38,797 nucleotides of DNA from a virus. A program made the translations under genes and the position numbers. The notes beneath the pieces are model-generated. The model did no database searches and had not been told where the DNA came from. It worked only from the letters and a program-made list of their open reading frames with translations. Shown here piece after piece: positions 16,946-27,900 of the stretch (position 1 is the stretch's first letter; each line of letters opens with the position of its first letter). The stretch lies in the IMG/VR virus record IMGVR_UViG_3300006149_000039. The stretch is one strand, 5' to 3'.

Positions 16946-18655
16946 ATGAAAAAGAAGGAACAAAATATTACAACTGTTTGGGAAGAGTATCAAAGAGGGG
17001 TAGATTATAATTATCAACAGCAGATTTATGAAAAAAGTAAAAGGAATTATAATTTTTATCTTGGAAATCAATGGGAAGGTGCTAAACTTTCTGGTATTCA
17101 ACCAATTACTCTTAATATTATTAAATCAATTGTTAAGTATAAAGTTGGAGTAGTTAAAACTAATTCTTACCAGATTTATTTCAACAGCGAAACGTATGAA
17201 AATCAAGAAGAACGAGAAAAACTAGAAGATGTTTGCAACATGCTGAATCGATATGCAAATCGATTGTGGGAGAAGAATAAATTAAATAAAATAGTTAGAA
17301 ATTGTATAAACGATGCCTGTATTGATAATGAAGGTATCGTTTATTTTTATGCTGACCCAAATCCAGATAGTAATAATATATTGTGTGAGCAAGTTAATAG
17401 GACTAACATCTACTATGGGAATGAAAACGATGATGACATACAAAATCAGCCATATATCATTATTTCTTTTAGAAGAACAGTTGATGAAGTAAAGGAAGAA
17501 GCAAGAAAGAATGGAATTAGTGAAAAGGAAATTGAGTTGATAGTGGAAGACCAGGACATAGAAGAACAGTCTGGAAGAGATAAAAGAACAAATGAAATAT
17601 CACCAATGTGTTTAGTTTTGCTTAAATTATATAAAAAGGAAGGCAAAGTATGGGCTAAAAAGTGTACTAAGTTAGCAACTGTAATGAAAGACTCTTGTTT
17701 GGGTATAGAGCTGTATCCAGTAGCGCATGTTTTATGGGAGAGAGTGAAAGGAAGCGCAAGAGGTCAAGGAGAAGTAGAGTGGCTTATTCCAAACCAAATA
17801 GAGATAAATAAGACAGCTACTAGAAGAGCTTTAGCAGTAAAAATGGTTGCTTTTCCTAAATTAGTTGCAAATACGAAGTATATATCTAACACAAAGGCTT
17901 TAAGTAAAGTAGGAACCACAATAGAAGTAAATGAGTTAAATGCCGATGATGTAAATAAGGTTGTTAACTATTTAAAACCTACTGCAATAAGTAGCGATGC
18001 TTACAATTTACAAAAAGAATTACAAGAGGAAACACAGAATTTAGCAGGAGCTTCTGACACAGCAACTGGTAATATAGACCCAACACAAGCAGCAGGAAAA
18101 GCAATACTTGCTGTGCAACAAGCTTCACAACAACCAATAAATGAGCAAATAGAATCATATAAAGATTTTATTGAGGATATTGCTAAGATTTGGTTTGCTA
18201 TGTTGAAAGCAAATAGTGTTAAGGGTTTAACTTTGACAAGGGAAAAGAAAGATTATACTAAAAATACTACATTAGAAGAGATTTATAAGATGTCTTATAA
18301 GGAATTACAGAAGTATGATTTGGATATTAAGATTGATATTACTCCAAAATCACCATTTGACAAATATGCAATGGAAGTGTCTTTAGAGAATTTACTTAAA
18401 TCTCAACAAATTACATTTGAAGAGTATGTAAAAGCTTTACCAGAAGATGCAACAATGCCAAAATCTAAATTAAAAGAAATATTAAAAGATAGAGAAGAAA
18501 AAGAAAATATATTTAATCAGATAGAGAAGACAGCAAATGCATTAGATAGTGCTATGCAACAGGTTATGACAGAACAAGAAATAAACAATGTAGAACAATC
18601 AGGAGTTAATCCAGAAGAATTAAATATGATAAATCAGGGACAAGAGTTCCAATAG
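16946..18655 (+). CDS. Portal protein (SPP1 gp6-like).
   Basis: 569 aa. Position is after TerL. N-terminal NFYLGNQWEG motif. The ATG at 16946 follows GGAGGA; the track start at 16934 is a TTG. Confidence 0.7.
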   Translation: MKKKEQNITTVWEEYQRGVDYNYQQQIYEKSKRNYNFYLGNQWEGAKLSGIQPITLNIIKSIVKYKVGVVKTNSYQIYFNSETYENQEEREKLEDVCNMLNRYANRLWEKNKLNKIVRNCINDACIDNEGIVYFYADPNPDSNNILCEQVNRTNIYYGNENDDDIQNQPYIIISFRRTVDEVKEEARKNGISEKEIELIVEDQDIEEQSGRDKRTNEISPMCLVLLKLYKKEGKVWAKKCTKLATVMKDSCLGIELYPVAHVLWERVKGSARGQGEVEWLIPNQIEINKTATRRALAVKMVAFPKLVANTKYISNTKALSKVGTTIEVNELNADDVNKVVNYLKPTAISSDAYNLQKELQEETQNLAGASDTATGNIDPTQAAGKAILAVQQASQQPINEQIESYKDFIEDIAKIWFAMLKANSVKGLTLTREKKDYTKNTTLEEIYKMSYKELQKYDLDIKIDITPKSPFDKYAMEVSLENLLKSQQITFEEYVKALPEDATMPKSKLKEILKDREEKENIFNQIEKTANALDSAMQQVMTEQEINNVEQSGVNPEELNMINQGQEFQ

Positions 18656-18683
18656 AGCAAGTCTAAGCCGAGTTATTTATGTT

Positions 18684-18708
18684 AGAGATGTTTTTTGGCA
18701 TCTCTTTT
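18684..18708 (+). terminator. Weak terminator-like hairpin (AGAGATG / CATCTCT) followed by TTTT.
   Basis: 7-bp stem, 8-nt loop. The following sequence CTCTTTTATATAC resembles the tail of the hairpin at 20807. Confidence 0.4.
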
Positions 18709-18785
18709 ATATACGCCCAAAACTATGATGGCTTTAAAAGCAGAAGGAATTAATAGTCGACGGACTTTAAAACGGGAGGTAACAT

Positions 18786-19586
18786 ATGCCAGGAGATAAT
18801 CAAAATATGGAGACTGACGAAACTTTGGAAGGATTGAAAGTAGAAGATGCTAGTAATCAAGAAGAAGTAGGGGCAGAAAAACAAAAGATTTTTACTCAAG
18901 AAGATTTAGACAGAGTAATAAGTCAAGAAAAAGCTAGACTTGAAAGAAAATATCGTAAAGAAGAAGAAAGTAAGCTAAATAGAGCAAAACAATTGGAATC
19001 CGTTTTAAGAACAGGGTTAGCTCTTTCTGATGATGATGATGTTTTGAATAAAGTCAAAGACTTTTATAAGGAACAAGGAATCGATATTCCAGACAACAAA
19101 AGTGTAAATAAGAAAGATGCTGAAATCCTAGGAATAGCAGATGCACAAGATATTATTGATACTTTTGATGACACAGAAATTGAAGCTAGAGCAAATGAAC
19201 TAGCCGAAAAACAAAGTAAAGGAAAAACTTCTGCACGTGAAAATGCAGAGTTTTTTAAGTTAGGCGAATACTTAACAAGCAAATTAAAAGAAAAGGAATT
19301 AGAAACCAGCGGAATAGATGTAAGTATTCTTCAAGATAAGGGATTTAAAGAGTTTGCTAATAAGTTTAATAGCAATATGAAAATATCTGAAATCTATGAA
19401 TTATGGGAAAGAGTAAACGGAAATGCTCCTAAAAAGCCTGTAAGTACAGGAAGTTCAAAATCTACTGTATCAGATAATCAGATAAAGGAATATTACACAC
19501 CAGAAGAAGTAGACAAGCTTTCTAGCAAAGACTTAGATAATCCTACTATCTTTAAAAGAGTACGAGAGTCTATGAAACGTTGGTAA
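18786..19586 (+). CDS. Scaffolding protein (by position and composition).
   Basis: 266 aa, acidic and helical, located between the portal and capsid genes. Confidence 0.55.
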   Translation: MPGDNQNMETDETLEGLKVEDASNQEEVGAEKQKIFTQEDLDRVISQEKARLERKYRKEEESKLNRAKQLESVLRTGLALSDDDDVLNKVKDFYKEQGIDIPDNKSVNKKDAEILGIADAQDIIDTFDDTEIEARANELAEKQSKGKTSARENAEFFKLGEYLTSKLKEKELETSGIDVSILQDKGFKEFANKFNSNMKISEIYELWERVNGNAPKKPVSTGSSKSTVSDNQIKEYYTPEEVDKLSSKDLDNPTIFKRVRESMKRW

Positions 19587-19606
19587 AAAAGAAAGGAAGA
19601 TGTAAT

Positions 19607-20425
19607 ATGAGTTACGCAAATTTTAAACCAACTGTATGGTCAAAGTATATACAACATGAATTACCAAAGTTTACAGTTTTCAAACAAGACTGTGATTACA
19701 AATTTGAAGGAGAGGCAGGTAAAGGAAAAAGAGTAAAAATTCAAAATGTGGGCAGACCTACTGTAAAAGATTATATTCCTGGAAAACCAATTGATGACCC
19801 AGAGAATGTAGGAGAAACTAGTGCTTATTTAGATATTGACCGATTCAATTATTTTAATTATGGAATTGATGATATTGATAAAGCACAAGCACAAGACGGA
19901 GTAATGGAAGCATTACAAATTGAAAGTACAAGAGCATTAGCAGAGAAAGAAGATATTTTCTGTGCTACACAAATGGCAAAGAACGCTGGTATTAAAACAG
20001 CTTCTACTAAGATTACAGATGAAGCATCTGCTAAAAAGGCAGTTGATGAGTTGTTTGTAAAATTATGGAATAATGGAGTAAGTGCTAAAGATGATGTTAC
20101 CATGTATCTAACACCTTGGTTCTATATGTTATTTCAAAATAAATTAATTGAATTAAAGACTAATAATGATGATTTGATTGCAAAAGGTGTTTTAGGATTA
20201 TACAACAATGCTAAAATTAAAATGACAAATAATGCGTATAATGATGGAACGGATGATTATATTATTTTAAAAACATCGAAAGCGTTTGCGTATTGTAATG
20301 GGATTGATAAGTTAAAACCTTATGAGCCTGAAAAAGGGTTTGCGGAAGCGATTAAGGGGTTAAATACGTATGGTGGAAAGATGGTAAGACCAAAAGAGTG
20401 TGCAGTGTTAAAATGTCATCAATAA
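19607..20425 (+). CDS. Major capsid protein.
   Basis: Position is after the scaffold gene. 272 aa from the ATG at 19607. The N-terminus MSYANFKPTVWSKYIQHEL is typical of P22-coat-like capsid families. Confidence 0.65.
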   Translation: MSYANFKPTVWSKYIQHELPKFTVFKQDCDYKFEGEAGKGKRVKIQNVGRPTVKDYIPGKPIDDPENVGETSAYLDIDRFNYFNYGIDDIDKAQAQDGVMEALQIESTRALAEKEDIFCATQMAKNAGIKTASTKITDEASAKKAVDELFVKLWNNGVSAKDDVTMYLTPWFYMLFQNKLIELKTNNDDLIAKGVLGLYNNAKIKMTNNAYNDGTDDYIILKTSKAFAYCNGIDKLKPYEPEKGFAEAIKGLNTYGGKMVRPKECAVLKCHQ

Positions 20426-20451
20426 TTTTTAGAAAGTAGAGGTAAAATAAT

Positions 20452-20802
20452 ATGGATAAAGCGACAAATTCAATAATAGTAAGAAACGAAGCTACTGTAT
20501 TAGAGGATGCAGTAGCTTTAAAAACTACAGGGATTGCAATTGATTATTCAAACAAATCTTGTGGTAAAATTTTGATTTTAATCAACAATACTGGAACGGC
20601 TGCTAAAAAAGCTACTATATTAAAAGGAGATTCTTTACAAGGTGTAGAAGACATGGAAATCTCTGTGACAAATGGGACAACCGTAGGCATTGTAATTGAA
20701 TCAGGTAGATTTGAAAATGTATCTGGTGAAAATAAGGGAAAAGTTATTATTAAAGGTGAAGATGCTACTAGCTTAAAAGTACAAGTAGTAGAATTACCAT
20801 AG
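20452..20802 (+). CDS. Hypothetical virion protein (possible head decoration).
   Basis: 116 aa, beta-rich, directly after the capsid gene and before a strong terminator. Confidence 0.4.
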   Translation: MDKATNSIIVRNEATVLEDAVALKTTGIAIDYSNKSCGKILILINNTGTAAKKATILKGDSLQGVEDMEISVTNGTTVGIVIESGRFENVSGENKGKVIIKGEDATSLKVQVVELP

Positions 20803-20806
20803 TTTT

Positions 20807-20830
20807 AGAGGAGTAATCTCCTCTTTTTAT
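20807..20830 (+). terminator. Intrinsic terminator (AGAGGAG taat CTCCTCT TTTT).
   Basis: 7-bp GC-containing stem, 4-nt loop, T-run. Confidence 0.7.
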
Positions 20831-20833
20831 ATA

Positions 20834-20871
20834 CAAGTAAGGGTTTTAGCTAGTTCGAATCTAGCAACTTG
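20834..20871 (+). other. tRNA T-arm-like hairpin (GCTAG TTCGAAT CTAGC) enclosed by an outer 5-bp helix CAAGT / ACTTG.
   Basis: GTTCGAATC is the canonical T-loop sequence closed by a 5-bp stem. No D arm or anticodon arm is present. Confidence 0.35.
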
Positions 20872-20884
20872 GGAGGAATAGAGT

Positions 20885-21490
20885 ATGACTTATGGTGAAA
20901 GTAAAAAACAAGTATTAGCATTAATAGAGGAATATGCACCACATATAACGAAAGAATATACAGAAGATGAGGATATAGCGTTAAGGCTACCACATTTATT
21001 TGATTTGGCTTATCAAGAGTTGGCACAAAATAAAAAGATAGTTGCTACTAAGTTTTATCCAGAGAAAGAAGAAAAAGAAGATAAATATACATCATATACA
21101 TTACCTTCTGACTTATATCAAATTAAAAATGTTTTTATGATAGATGAAAATAATAAAAAAGGAAATGTAGACTATTATACATTTGGAAAAAACAAAATAT
21201 ATATCAATGACAATACACAAGGACAAACAGTATTAGAGTACTATAAGTTTCCTCGAAATGTAAATGAAGAAACAGAAAATGACTTTTATTTAGAGTTGGA
21301 CCAAGATGCACAAAGTGTATTGGTGTATAAAGTAGCAAGTGATATTTTGAAGACTGACCCAAGTGCGGATTATATGGCATTTGCAACAGAATATCAAAGG
21401 GTATTACAGTTATTGGACAATAGGAAAAATGTGCCAAGTGTTAGCTTAAAAGAATATGAGCCAAACGATGAAGGAGAATTTGACATATAG
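20885..21490 (+). CDS. Hypothetical virion protein (possible head-tail adaptor).
   Basis: 201-aa ORF in the structural block. Confidence 0.4.
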   Translation: MTYGESKKQVLALIEEYAPHITKEYTEDEDIALRLPHLFDLAYQELAQNKKIVATKFYPEKEEKEDKYTSYTLPSDLYQIKNVFMIDENNKKGNVDYYTFGKNKIYINDNTQGQTVLEYYKFPRNVNEETENDFYLELDQDAQSVLVYKVASDILKTDPSADYMAFATEYQRVLQLLDNRKNVPSVSLKEYEPNDEGEFDI

Positions 21491-21499
21491 GAGGTTAAG

Positions 21500-23326
21500 A
21501 TGGCAACTGGAATTAAAAGAGTATATACAAATTTTGCTGGTGTGGATTTTTTAGAGGAGCCAAGTTTGGTCTCTATTACAAGAAGCCCAGATGCATTGAA
21601 TGTTTGGAAGAACTATGAAGACACACAAGGTGCCTGTGTGGAGACTAGACCAGGGTTCAGAAAATTGGCCCAGATAGGCGAAAAGATTAACGGTATTTAT
21701 ATTTATGATAGTAATACAGCTATTGTACATAGTAAAACGAAATTGTTTGAATGGAGTAATTTTCCAAATGAGCCAGATGATGAGCATTTAAAACAACTTT
21801 ATAACGATATGAATGATAGAAAGAGTTGTTTTAATAAAGCAGATTCAGAAAGAAAATTGTATATTAATGATGGTAAGAATTATTTGGTATATGATGGTGT
21901 AGAGGTAAAGAAAGTATCAGAAGATAAGCCTGTTATACCAAGAACCACGATTAGCAGAAGAGCTGGTAATATAGGTGGTGGAGAATTATTAGAAGATGTT
22001 AATTTGTTAACGCCTAAAAGAACAAACAGTTTTCTGGCAGATGGAGAATCAAAAGATTTTTACTTAGATGCAACAGAGATTGATGATACATTAGTTACAG
22101 CAATAGTGAATGATATTGAGATGGTAGAAGATACAGACTTTACTGTAGATAGAACAAAAGGAAAAATTACATTTTTAGAGGTACCTGATAAGCCTAATTT
22201 AAGTGGAGAAGATAATGTTTTTGTTACTTTTTCTAAGACAATTGAAGGGTATGAGGATAGGATTGCTAGGTGTACAAATTCGATTATTTTTGATAACCGA
22301 TTATTTTTTACAGGAAATCCAGAGTATCCTAATGCAGTGTTTCATTCTGAACGTGCTAATCCTCAGTATATTTCGGATTTGAATTATTATGAAGATGGTG
22401 CTAGTGATAGTTTAATTACTGGCATGACAGTAGGTAATAATATTTTGTGGATATTTAAAAATTTAGACCAAAATAATGCGAATGTGTTTTATCATGAACC
22501 TACGACAGATTTAGAGCATGGAAGGATTTATCCTAGTAAGCAAGGTAACGTTAGTATCGGTTGTTATGCTGGTAGTACAAATTTTCAAGATGACATTGTA
22601 TATCTTAGTCGATATGGATTAGAGGGTGTAAGTACAGAAAAGATAGATAGTAGACAAGTTGTAGCACACAGAAGTTCTTTAGTAGATGTAAAGATGACAA
22701 ATGAGAATGGTTATTCAAATGCTAGTATGGTGGTTTGGAAGGGCTATTTATGTGTGTTAGTAGATGGGAGAATTTATTTAGCAGATAGCAGGCAAAAGTA
22801 TTCTAAATTAGATAGTTTTGAGTATGAGTGGTTTTATTGGGATATATCGACAGCAAACCCTAGTATTTTAAAGGAATATGATGATTGTTTGTATATAGGA
22901 GCTAAAGATGGCTCTATTTTTATTGTGGAAGGTACGAATGATAATGAAGAGGCAATACTTAGTTATTGGGTTACTCCTATGGATAATTTTAGTTATGATA
23001 ATCAATTGAAGACTACGAACAAAAGAGGGGGAATAGCTAAGATTAAGACAATTCCAAATGGGATTATAAAAATTGCAAGGAGAACAGATAAGTCACCAGA
23101 GTATAAATATACAACTCAAAAGTCTGCAAATGGCTTTAATTTTGCTAATATAAATTTTGGAAATTTTAGTTTTGTTACAACGAATAAATCATATTTAATA
23201 TACAAAATTAAAGAGAAAAAAATCGTCGAACTATCACTTAAGTTTTATAGTGATGAAAAAGATAAGCCTTTTGGTATATATAGCTCTACAATAGAAGCGT
23301 TTGCAGGAGGCTATGTTAAAAAGTAA
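21500..23326 (+). CDS. Large virion structural protein (putative tail component).
   Basis: 608 aa in the structural block. No recognised motif. Confidence 0.4.
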   Translation: MATGIKRVYTNFAGVDFLEEPSLVSITRSPDALNVWKNYEDTQGACVETRPGFRKLAQIGEKINGIYIYDSNTAIVHSKTKLFEWSNFPNEPDDEHLKQLYNDMNDRKSCFNKADSERKLYINDGKNYLVYDGVEVKKVSEDKPVIPRTTISRRAGNIGGGELLEDVNLLTPKRTNSFLADGESKDFYLDATEIDDTLVTAIVNDIEMVEDTDFTVDRTKGKITFLEVPDKPNLSGEDNVFVTFSKTIEGYEDRIARCTNSIIFDNRLFFTGNPEYPNAVFHSERANPQYISDLNYYEDGASDSLITGMTVGNNILWIFKNLDQNNANVFYHEPTTDLEHGRIYPSKQGNVSIGCYAGSTNFQDDIVYLSRYGLEGVSTEKIDSRQVVAHRSSLVDVKMTNENGYSNASMVVWKGYLCVLVDGRIYLADSRQKYSKLDSFEYEWFYWDISTANPSILKEYDDCLYIGAKDGSIFIVEGTNDNEEAILSYWVTPMDNFSYDNQLKTTNKRGGIAKIKTIPNGIIKIARRTDKSPEYKYTTQKSANGFNFANINFGNFSFVTTNKSYLIYKIKEKKIVELSLKFYSDEKDKPFGIYSSTIEAFAGGYVKK

Positions 23327-23340
23327 GGAGGAAAATGATA

Positions 23341-24006
23341 ATGAGCTTACCAGTGTGTACAGTAAATACGAATAATATACAAAATTTACCTGATTCACCT
23401 ACATTGTCATCAGATGAACTGAAACAAGAATTTGATAAGTCAGGAAAAGATTTAAAAAATTATATAAATGAGATTTTGTTACCAGCAGTAGAAAAGTTGA
23501 TAAGAGATGAAAAATCTAATTTAGAAACATCAATTAACAATAAGATATTAGCAGACAATAAAAAGAAATATCATATTGGAAAGATAATAATGTCTACTGA
23601 GAATATTAATCCGTCTACTTATCTAGGTTTTGGGACTTGGGAATTTTGGGGTTCAGGAAGAGTTCCTATTGGAGTAGATTCGACTGATGAAGATTTTAAT
23701 ACAGCAGAGAAGACAGGAGGAGAGAAGACACATATATTAACAGAAAGTGAAATGCCTAGTCATAAACATATAGATATAGGGCATAGGCATAATGGTTTGA
23801 GATGGATTTCAGACACTGAACCGATTACATTAAATGAAGGATATGGAGTAGGATATAATTTATCCTACAAAGGTGGAAATGCTTATGGATATAATAATAT
23901 AGTGACAGCATTTTCTCAATCTAATATAAGTAATGCTGGAGGAGATGCAGAACACAATAACTTACAACCTTATATAACTTGTTTTATGTGGAAAAGAGTA
24001 AGTTAG
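23341..24006 (+). CDS. Tail fibre-like protein with a phage tail-collar domain.
   Basis: GGEKTHILTESEMPSHKH...NNLQPYITCFMWKR. Parallel to the C-terminal half of the fibre at 34235-35712. Confidence 0.65.
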   Translation: MSLPVCTVNTNNIQNLPDSPTLSSDELKQEFDKSGKDLKNYINEILLPAVEKLIRDEKSNLETSINNKILADNKKKYHIGKIIMSTENINPSTYLGFGTWEFWGSGRVPIGVDSTDEDFNTAEKTGGEKTHILTESEMPSHKHIDIGHRHNGLRWISDTEPITLNEGYGVGYNLSYKGGNAYGYNNIVTAFSQSNISNAGGDAEHNNLQPYITCFMWKRVS

Positions 24007-24019
24007 AAAGGAGAATTTA

Positions 24020-24931
24020 ATGGCAGTAGGGTATGAAGATATAGATAATCTAGTTAATCAACAAAATACATTGTTACAACAGCAAGAACAAAAACAAAAT
24101 GACATTATAAATCAACAGACTCAAATGCAGGTTGACGAGCTAAATAGGGAAAAAGAAAAGTTGCAAAAAGAAACTGATAAGACTACTCAAGGTTTGTATG
24201 CTAATTGGCAAAAACAAACTAATCAGTATGGAGCTGGTATGGAACAATTAGCACAGCAAGGGTTGGCTAATTCTGGTTATGCTGAAACGACTAAGACGGC
24301 ATTATATAATACGTATCAAAAAAGTGTTACTGATACGCTTAATAATTCAAAAGACTTGTATGCTGATTATAATTTTAAAATTCAACAGGCGAGACAAAAT
24401 GGAAGTATCCAACAGGCTCAATCTGCGTTGGAATTATATGCACAAAGGGTACAATTGTTAACTCAAAATTATGAATTAAGACAAAATAGGGAGAAGTATT
24501 TGTATCAACAAGAGCGTGATAGGGTTTCTGATCAACAGTGGCAGAAGTCTTTTGATGAACAGGTAAGACAAAATGAGCTAGAAAATCAATGGAGACAGCA
24601 ACAGTTTGATTATCAAAAACAAAGAGATGCCGTGGCAGATAGCCAGTGGCAACAACAATTTAATTTGTCAAAAAAAAACTCTAGTTCGGGTAGTAAAAAA
24701 GCAACTTCTGGAAGTTTGAAAGTGAGTGGAAATAATATAAGTGATTATGCTATAAATCTTGCTAATAACTTGAAATCAATACAAAACCAACAAGAAGGGA
24801 AAGGAACTATTGTTGGGTCAGTAGCAAAAGGTGTATTGAATATGTCAAAAGGAGCAATATCAGATAAAGTTAATAGAGGAGAATTGTCAGTCGAAGAAGC
24901 TGAATATATTTATAATCAAGTTGGCTGGTAA
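24020..24931 (+). CDS. Q-rich coiled-coil virion protein.
   Basis: 303 aa with many Q, N and E residues. Confidence 0.4.
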   Translation: MAVGYEDIDNLVNQQNTLLQQQEQKQNDIINQQTQMQVDELNREKEKLQKETDKTTQGLYANWQKQTNQYGAGMEQLAQQGLANSGYAETTKTALYNTYQKSVTDTLNNSKDLYADYNFKIQQARQNGSIQQAQSALELYAQRVQLLTQNYELRQNREKYLYQQERDRVSDQQWQKSFDEQVRQNELENQWRQQQFDYQKQRDAVADSQWQQQFNLSKKNSSSGSKKATSGSLKVSGNNISDYAINLANNLKSIQNQQEGKGTIVGSVAKGVLNMSKGAISDKVNRGELSVEEAEYIYNQVGW

Positions 24932-24940
24932 GGAGGAAAT

Positions 24941-27900
24941 ATGTCATCTTTTACAGAATACCATAAAAAATGGAAAGAAGAAAATGGAAGAGGAGAAGAT
25001 AGTCCATATAAACAAAGAAGCATAAGTGAAATCGAAAAAAGCGCAGATGAATATGTAAATAGTATCTTTGAAAAAGAAGGAAAGATATGGGATAAGATTA
25101 AAAGTAAAGCAAACAATAATTTAAGTTATTCTAATAATATGCAGAATTTTATAGATAGAAATACTCGTAATCAAATGGCAAAGCCTATGGAAGATTATAT
25201 GAATACTAAGAAAATTGCTATGCAGAATGTTTCTAATTATGTGCAACAAAATGCGAAACAACAAACAGTAACAAAGGAAAAAAGTACATGGGACAAAATA
25301 AAAGAAAAACTTCAATTTGGAACAGATACTAATAGGGTACCAATTTATATGGATAATTCAGGTAAAGTTGATAAAAATAAAACAACTTTAGCAATAGCAC
25401 AACAAAACTTTGAATCAGATAAACAAAAATTACGTATGATGGAAAGTAAAAAAGCGTATGACAAAAAAATGGAATTATATGAAAAAGCAATGGATGAGCA
25501 ATTAAAGAATACTTTGAACTATAAAGAAGTACAAAGACAAAATCCTAATGCAACGGAAGAAGAGTTGTTGAAAATAACAAAAAAGAAAAATGAAGAATTT
25601 TCTCGCAACTTTGTTGAGTGGTTAGCAGATATGGAACCTGCTGGACGAAATGCAAAAATAGAAGGTTTTACAAAAGATGTAATTGGATTAGATAAAAAAA
25701 TAATAAGCAATAAAAATGAGAAATATGATATAAAAGCAAAAGTTCAAGCTATAGAAACACAAAAAGAAGCTGATAAGATTAACCAAGATATGCAGAATGG
25801 AAATTACTTGTCTTCTGCTTTACATGTGGCTAGAGGACTTCCAGTAGGTGCAATGAATGCTGTTATAAAAACAACAACAGCATTAGAAAACTTGAGTGGA
25901 TATAAACATCCGTCATCTGCTGGTTACAATACTGACCCTGTAAAAGAAGCTGAATTGCAAACAAGAAAATATCAAGAGACTACTTCTAAAATTAATAATG
26001 GAATCGTTCAAACAGGTTCTACAGTAACTAATACAATAGGGGAAATGGTACCAGCTATGGTGGCTAATGTAGCAGTGCCTGGTTCTGGTGCTGTAGTTAA
26101 TGCTGTAAATGTTGGTTCTTCTGGTTATCTTGATGCTTTAAATGAAGATGGTACCAATAAAGCACAAGCAGGTTTAACAGGAACATTAAAAGGATTAGCG
26201 AGTTTCACAATTGAAAAAATTACAGGAGGAAACATTTTGTCAGAGGGGTCATTAGATGATTGGGCAGCAAAGACAATTGCTAATAAAACAGCAGGAATTA
26301 CTAATAAGACAGCTAATAAAGTTGCTCAAAAAATTGCTTCTAAGATTTATGAAGTAGGTGGAGAGGTATTAGAAGAAGAGCTAGAAAATCAAGTTGATTA
26401 TTTGATTGATGCTACAATAAATGATAAAGGTATTACCTTGAAAGAATGGTTGAATGAGCAAGGAGAGACTGTTAAAAACACAGCCTTAACTCAATTAACT
26501 TTAAGCTTGTTTGGTTTAGGTGGTGATACTTATAATAAAGTAAATGAGTATTTGCTTGATAGTGATGCTAAAAAATGGGTGAATGAAGCACAAAAAATAA
26601 TTGATAAAGAAAATTTAGAAATTAATACAGATAAAATAAAAGAAAGAGAATTAAGAAATGTATTAAATCAAGTTAACATCAAAGAAGATAATCAGGCAAG
26701 CAATAATACCACTAATTTGCAACAAAACCTAATAAATAATCAAATTAATCCATTAGAACAACAAATTAATCAAGCAGAGAATAAAATGTCTCAAAATGGA
26801 AATATGGAGCAAATAGAAGATAGTAATAAAAATATAGCTTATAATAATTCAAATTATTACCAAACAGCGAATAAATACAAATTAGATACAAATAATAAAA
26901 CTATAAAAGGCATATATGAAGTAGCTTCTAAAAGAGGTGTTAGTGTTATTTGGGATGATACAGCTTTTACTAATTCTAGTCAAAATGCTAAGTGGACAGT
27001 TGATAATGAAGGTAATAGAAGTGTTGTTTTAAATCCAAAAGCAAATACTGATACTGCATTACAAAGTGTTATGATACATGAATTGACACATGATTTTGAA
27101 GGTACTAAGGAATATAATAAAATAAGTTCTATGGTACTAGAAAGATTGAAGAGTTCTAATGATTATGATAATATAATGTCAGATATTGCGAATGCTTATC
27201 AAAAAGAATACAAGAATATGTCAAAAGAACAATTTAGTAGTATGATTGAACAAGAAGCGATAGCTGATTATCTAGGAGAGAATTTAGGAAATCAAGAGTT
27301 TGTAAATGATTTAGTGAGAAGTACAGATAGAACTCAAATTCAAAAGATTATAGATTGGGTTAAGAATAAGATTACATCATTAAAAAATACTTTAACTGGA
27401 AACAAAGAGCTTAATTACTGGAATAAGATTAAAGATAATTTTGAGAGAGCATATAATCAAGAGTATCAAGGAAATAATAATGATAATAGGTTGTCAATTG
27501 CTGGTAAAGAAGGAATGAATAATGCTATTAAACAAGATACAAGATACATACAGTTAGAAAGAAGCTATAATAAGGCACAACAAATGCAAAAGATAGGAAT
27601 TGATAATGAGAAAATAAGGCAATCTACTAATTGGTTTCAAGATAGAAATGGCGATTGGAAGTTTGAATTTTCAGATAAGGATATGAAGTTAAAAAGCAAT
27701 GTTAATCTGAAAGAAAATACAACGTATAAATTAGGCGATATTTTAGAGCATGATACATTATTTACTGTGTATCCTGAATTGATAGAACATAAAATTACAT
27801 TTAAGAATTTAAATGATGTCAATGGTTTATATGATAGAAAAACAGGAGAAATAAACATTAATAACAAATTAATATTGTCAAATTCAGCAAAAACTATTGA

